A DNA stretch of 64,000 nucleotides from Alphaproteobacteria bacterium (GTDB taxonomy: Bacteria > Pseudomonadota > Alphaproteobacteria > SHVV01), in the NCBI GenBank assembly GCA_965261735.1, contig OZ253470.1:1344001-1408000 (forward strand), given 5' to 3'. Shown here one piece after another: positions 62,626-64,000 of the stretch. A program made the translations under genes and the position numbers. Within the stretch, counting starts at the first letter, position 1, and every line of letters starts with the position of its first letter. Below the pieces are notes generated by a model. It saw only the letters and a list, made by a program, of their open reading frames with translations, was not told the DNA's origin and did not search any database.

Positions 62626-63063
62626 ATGGCGCGCACTCGAATCATAGCCGTTCTAGCCTGGGCGCTCTGCGTATGCGCCGGCGTCCTGTCCGCCTCGGCT
62701 GCCGCCGAGCGCTACCCGGTGTGGTGGGCGCCGGAGATCGGGATTGCGAGCCTCGACGAGATCGACGCGCTGCTGGCGAAGCCGTTACCCGAGGAGTTCC
62801 GCCACAGGCTCTACAAGTTCGACTATGGCCGCGGCAAGTGGGAGTCGCCCATCGTCGACCGGCAGCCGATCGAGGACTGCGTATCGCTATTCGAATGGCT
62901 TGCGGCCGGCTACAAGTGGGGCGCCGAGGACCGCGACTATGATGGTTATCACAGGGCGTATCCCTACTGCTACACGCTGCGCGCGATAGACCGGGCCAAG
63001 CCGGCGAAAGAAAGCTACGTGCGCAACTTCGTCATGGACGCGAATGCCCTAGCAGGCTGCTGA
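62626..63063 (+). pseudogene. Secreted 'YPVWW' family protein truncated by IS5 at 63049-63052
   Basis: Signal peptide, YPVWWAP, CVSLFEWLAAGY, AKPAKESYVRNFVMDANAL; the last residues and the stop come from the IS end. Confidence 0.75.
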
Positions 63064-63258
63064 AAAAGTCCTCGCCTTTGCAGTTGTGACATGATTCTGT
63101 GATTCCTTCGAGTGATGGAGGATGGCATGCGGGGTCGAGATCAAAGCAGTGGCAATTTATTCAGCTACGTAGACTTGGAAGAGCGTGTTCCGGATGATCA
63201 TCCGCTGCGTCTGATCCGTGAGATCGTGAACGACGTATTGGGCTCTCTATCTTCGGAG
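63053..63258 (+). mobile_element. IS5-family element, left end and transposase N-terminus (interrupted)
   Basis: CTAG then CAGGCTGCTGAAAAAGTC end; MRGRDQSSGNLFSYVDLEERVPDDHPLRLIR from ATG 63127. Confidence 0.8.
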
Positions 63259-64000
63259 CTTGCCTATCCGGTTAACGCCCATGACCGCTACATGTAGGGT
63301 GCCGCCACTCTCCCGAGTAAAGCTCGGCATAGGTTGGAGCAGAGGTGTCACCCGCGATGCCGAGCAATGAGCGGAAGGCGTTGAACGGGTAGAACCGCCT
63401 GTTGAAGCGGAAGGTGAACTCGTTGAGGTAGGCTTGTAGGTGCTGGTGGCTAACGCCGTGGTGGATACCGATCAGCCACGTCTTCAGGTTGGCGAAAACC
63501 AGATGGATGATCGGCAGGTATTGCTCGGCAACCTCTGGATCAGCACACTCGGCAACAGCGAAGTGCTCATAGCCGCGCTTCCCGAGGCCAGCATAGCCGC
63601 TCCAATCGTCAGTAACGATCAGCGATCGCGGCGCGACGGTGCTCTCGACGAACCCACAGACCGACTCGGCGCTACGGTCGAGCACGACGGCGAGCCGAAC
63701 GCGTCCGGCATAGCGTCCGTCCTTGCCTATCCGGTTAACGCCCATGACCGCTACATGTAGGGTGCCGCCACTCTCCCGAGTAAAGCTCGGCATAGGTTGG
63801 AGCAGAGGTGTCGCCCGCGATGCCGAGCAATGAGCGGAAGGCGTTGAACGGGTAGAACCGCCTGTTGAAGCGGAAGGTGAACTCGTTGAGGTAGGCTTGT
63901 AGGTGCTGGTGGCTAACGCCGTGGTGGATACCGATCAGCCACGTCTTCCTTTCCGGTTGTCGAGCTTGGTGCCCGGCTTTCGATGACGCACCTCGATGGC
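63259..64000 (-). mobile_element. IS1595-family (ISXO2-like) element, 3' part, running off the window
   Basis: IVTDDWSGY, NLKTWLIGIHHGVS, HLQAYLNEFTFRFNRR; terminus CTTGCCTATCCGGTTAA. Confidence 0.85.
63722..63948. repeat. 227-bp direct copy of 63259-63485 with one mismatch
   Basis: Offset 463; A63350 vs G63813. Confidence 0.92.

Noticed and set aside
63259-63948. Duplicated 227 bp with an A/G mismatch as a DGR template/variable repeat
   Set aside because: Only one mismatch, both copies are transposase sequence, and no reverse transcriptase is present

Overview
Very GC-rich chromosomal segment from an alphaproteobacterium (Rhodospirillales-like gene order and content). It is mostly core genes: thrC, M16 peptidase, rimJ-like, yqgE, DsbD-N, peroxiredoxin, rnhA-thrB-ispH, gpmI-envC-ctpA-yibQ-rppH, atpHAGDC, priA, fsa, xerC, mdh-sucCDAB-lpdA, htpG, acnA and ccmABCDEFGHI. 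Four accessory patches interrupt it. (1) At 8.8-10.8 kb, REP-like repeats precede a perfect-consensus, operator-flanked sigma70 promoter, which drives an orphan T4-lysozyme-like (E-x8-D-x5-T) gene with an unknown N-terminal domain. It faces a convergent gene for a secreted 'YPVWW' protein, whose paralogue lies at 62.6 kb. This is the best candidate for an undescribed system: a possible pesticin-like muramidase toxin with a periplasmic immunity family. (2) A convergent DUF1902/HicA toxin-antitoxin pair sits between atpH and priA. (3) An MFS transporter and a cyclase-STAND-TPR gene sit between xerC and lpdA. (4) The right end is IS-rich: IS630 in a Nudix gene, and IS5 in the YPVWW paralogue, itself interrupted by an IS1595 element carrying an internal copy of its own end. 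Several 1-2 nt indels and odd substitutions at conserved residues suggest a noisy consensus or gene decay, so all pseudogene calls need read-level checks. No rRNA, tRNA or CRISPR array was seen. All calls come from motif recognition by eye; no searches were run.
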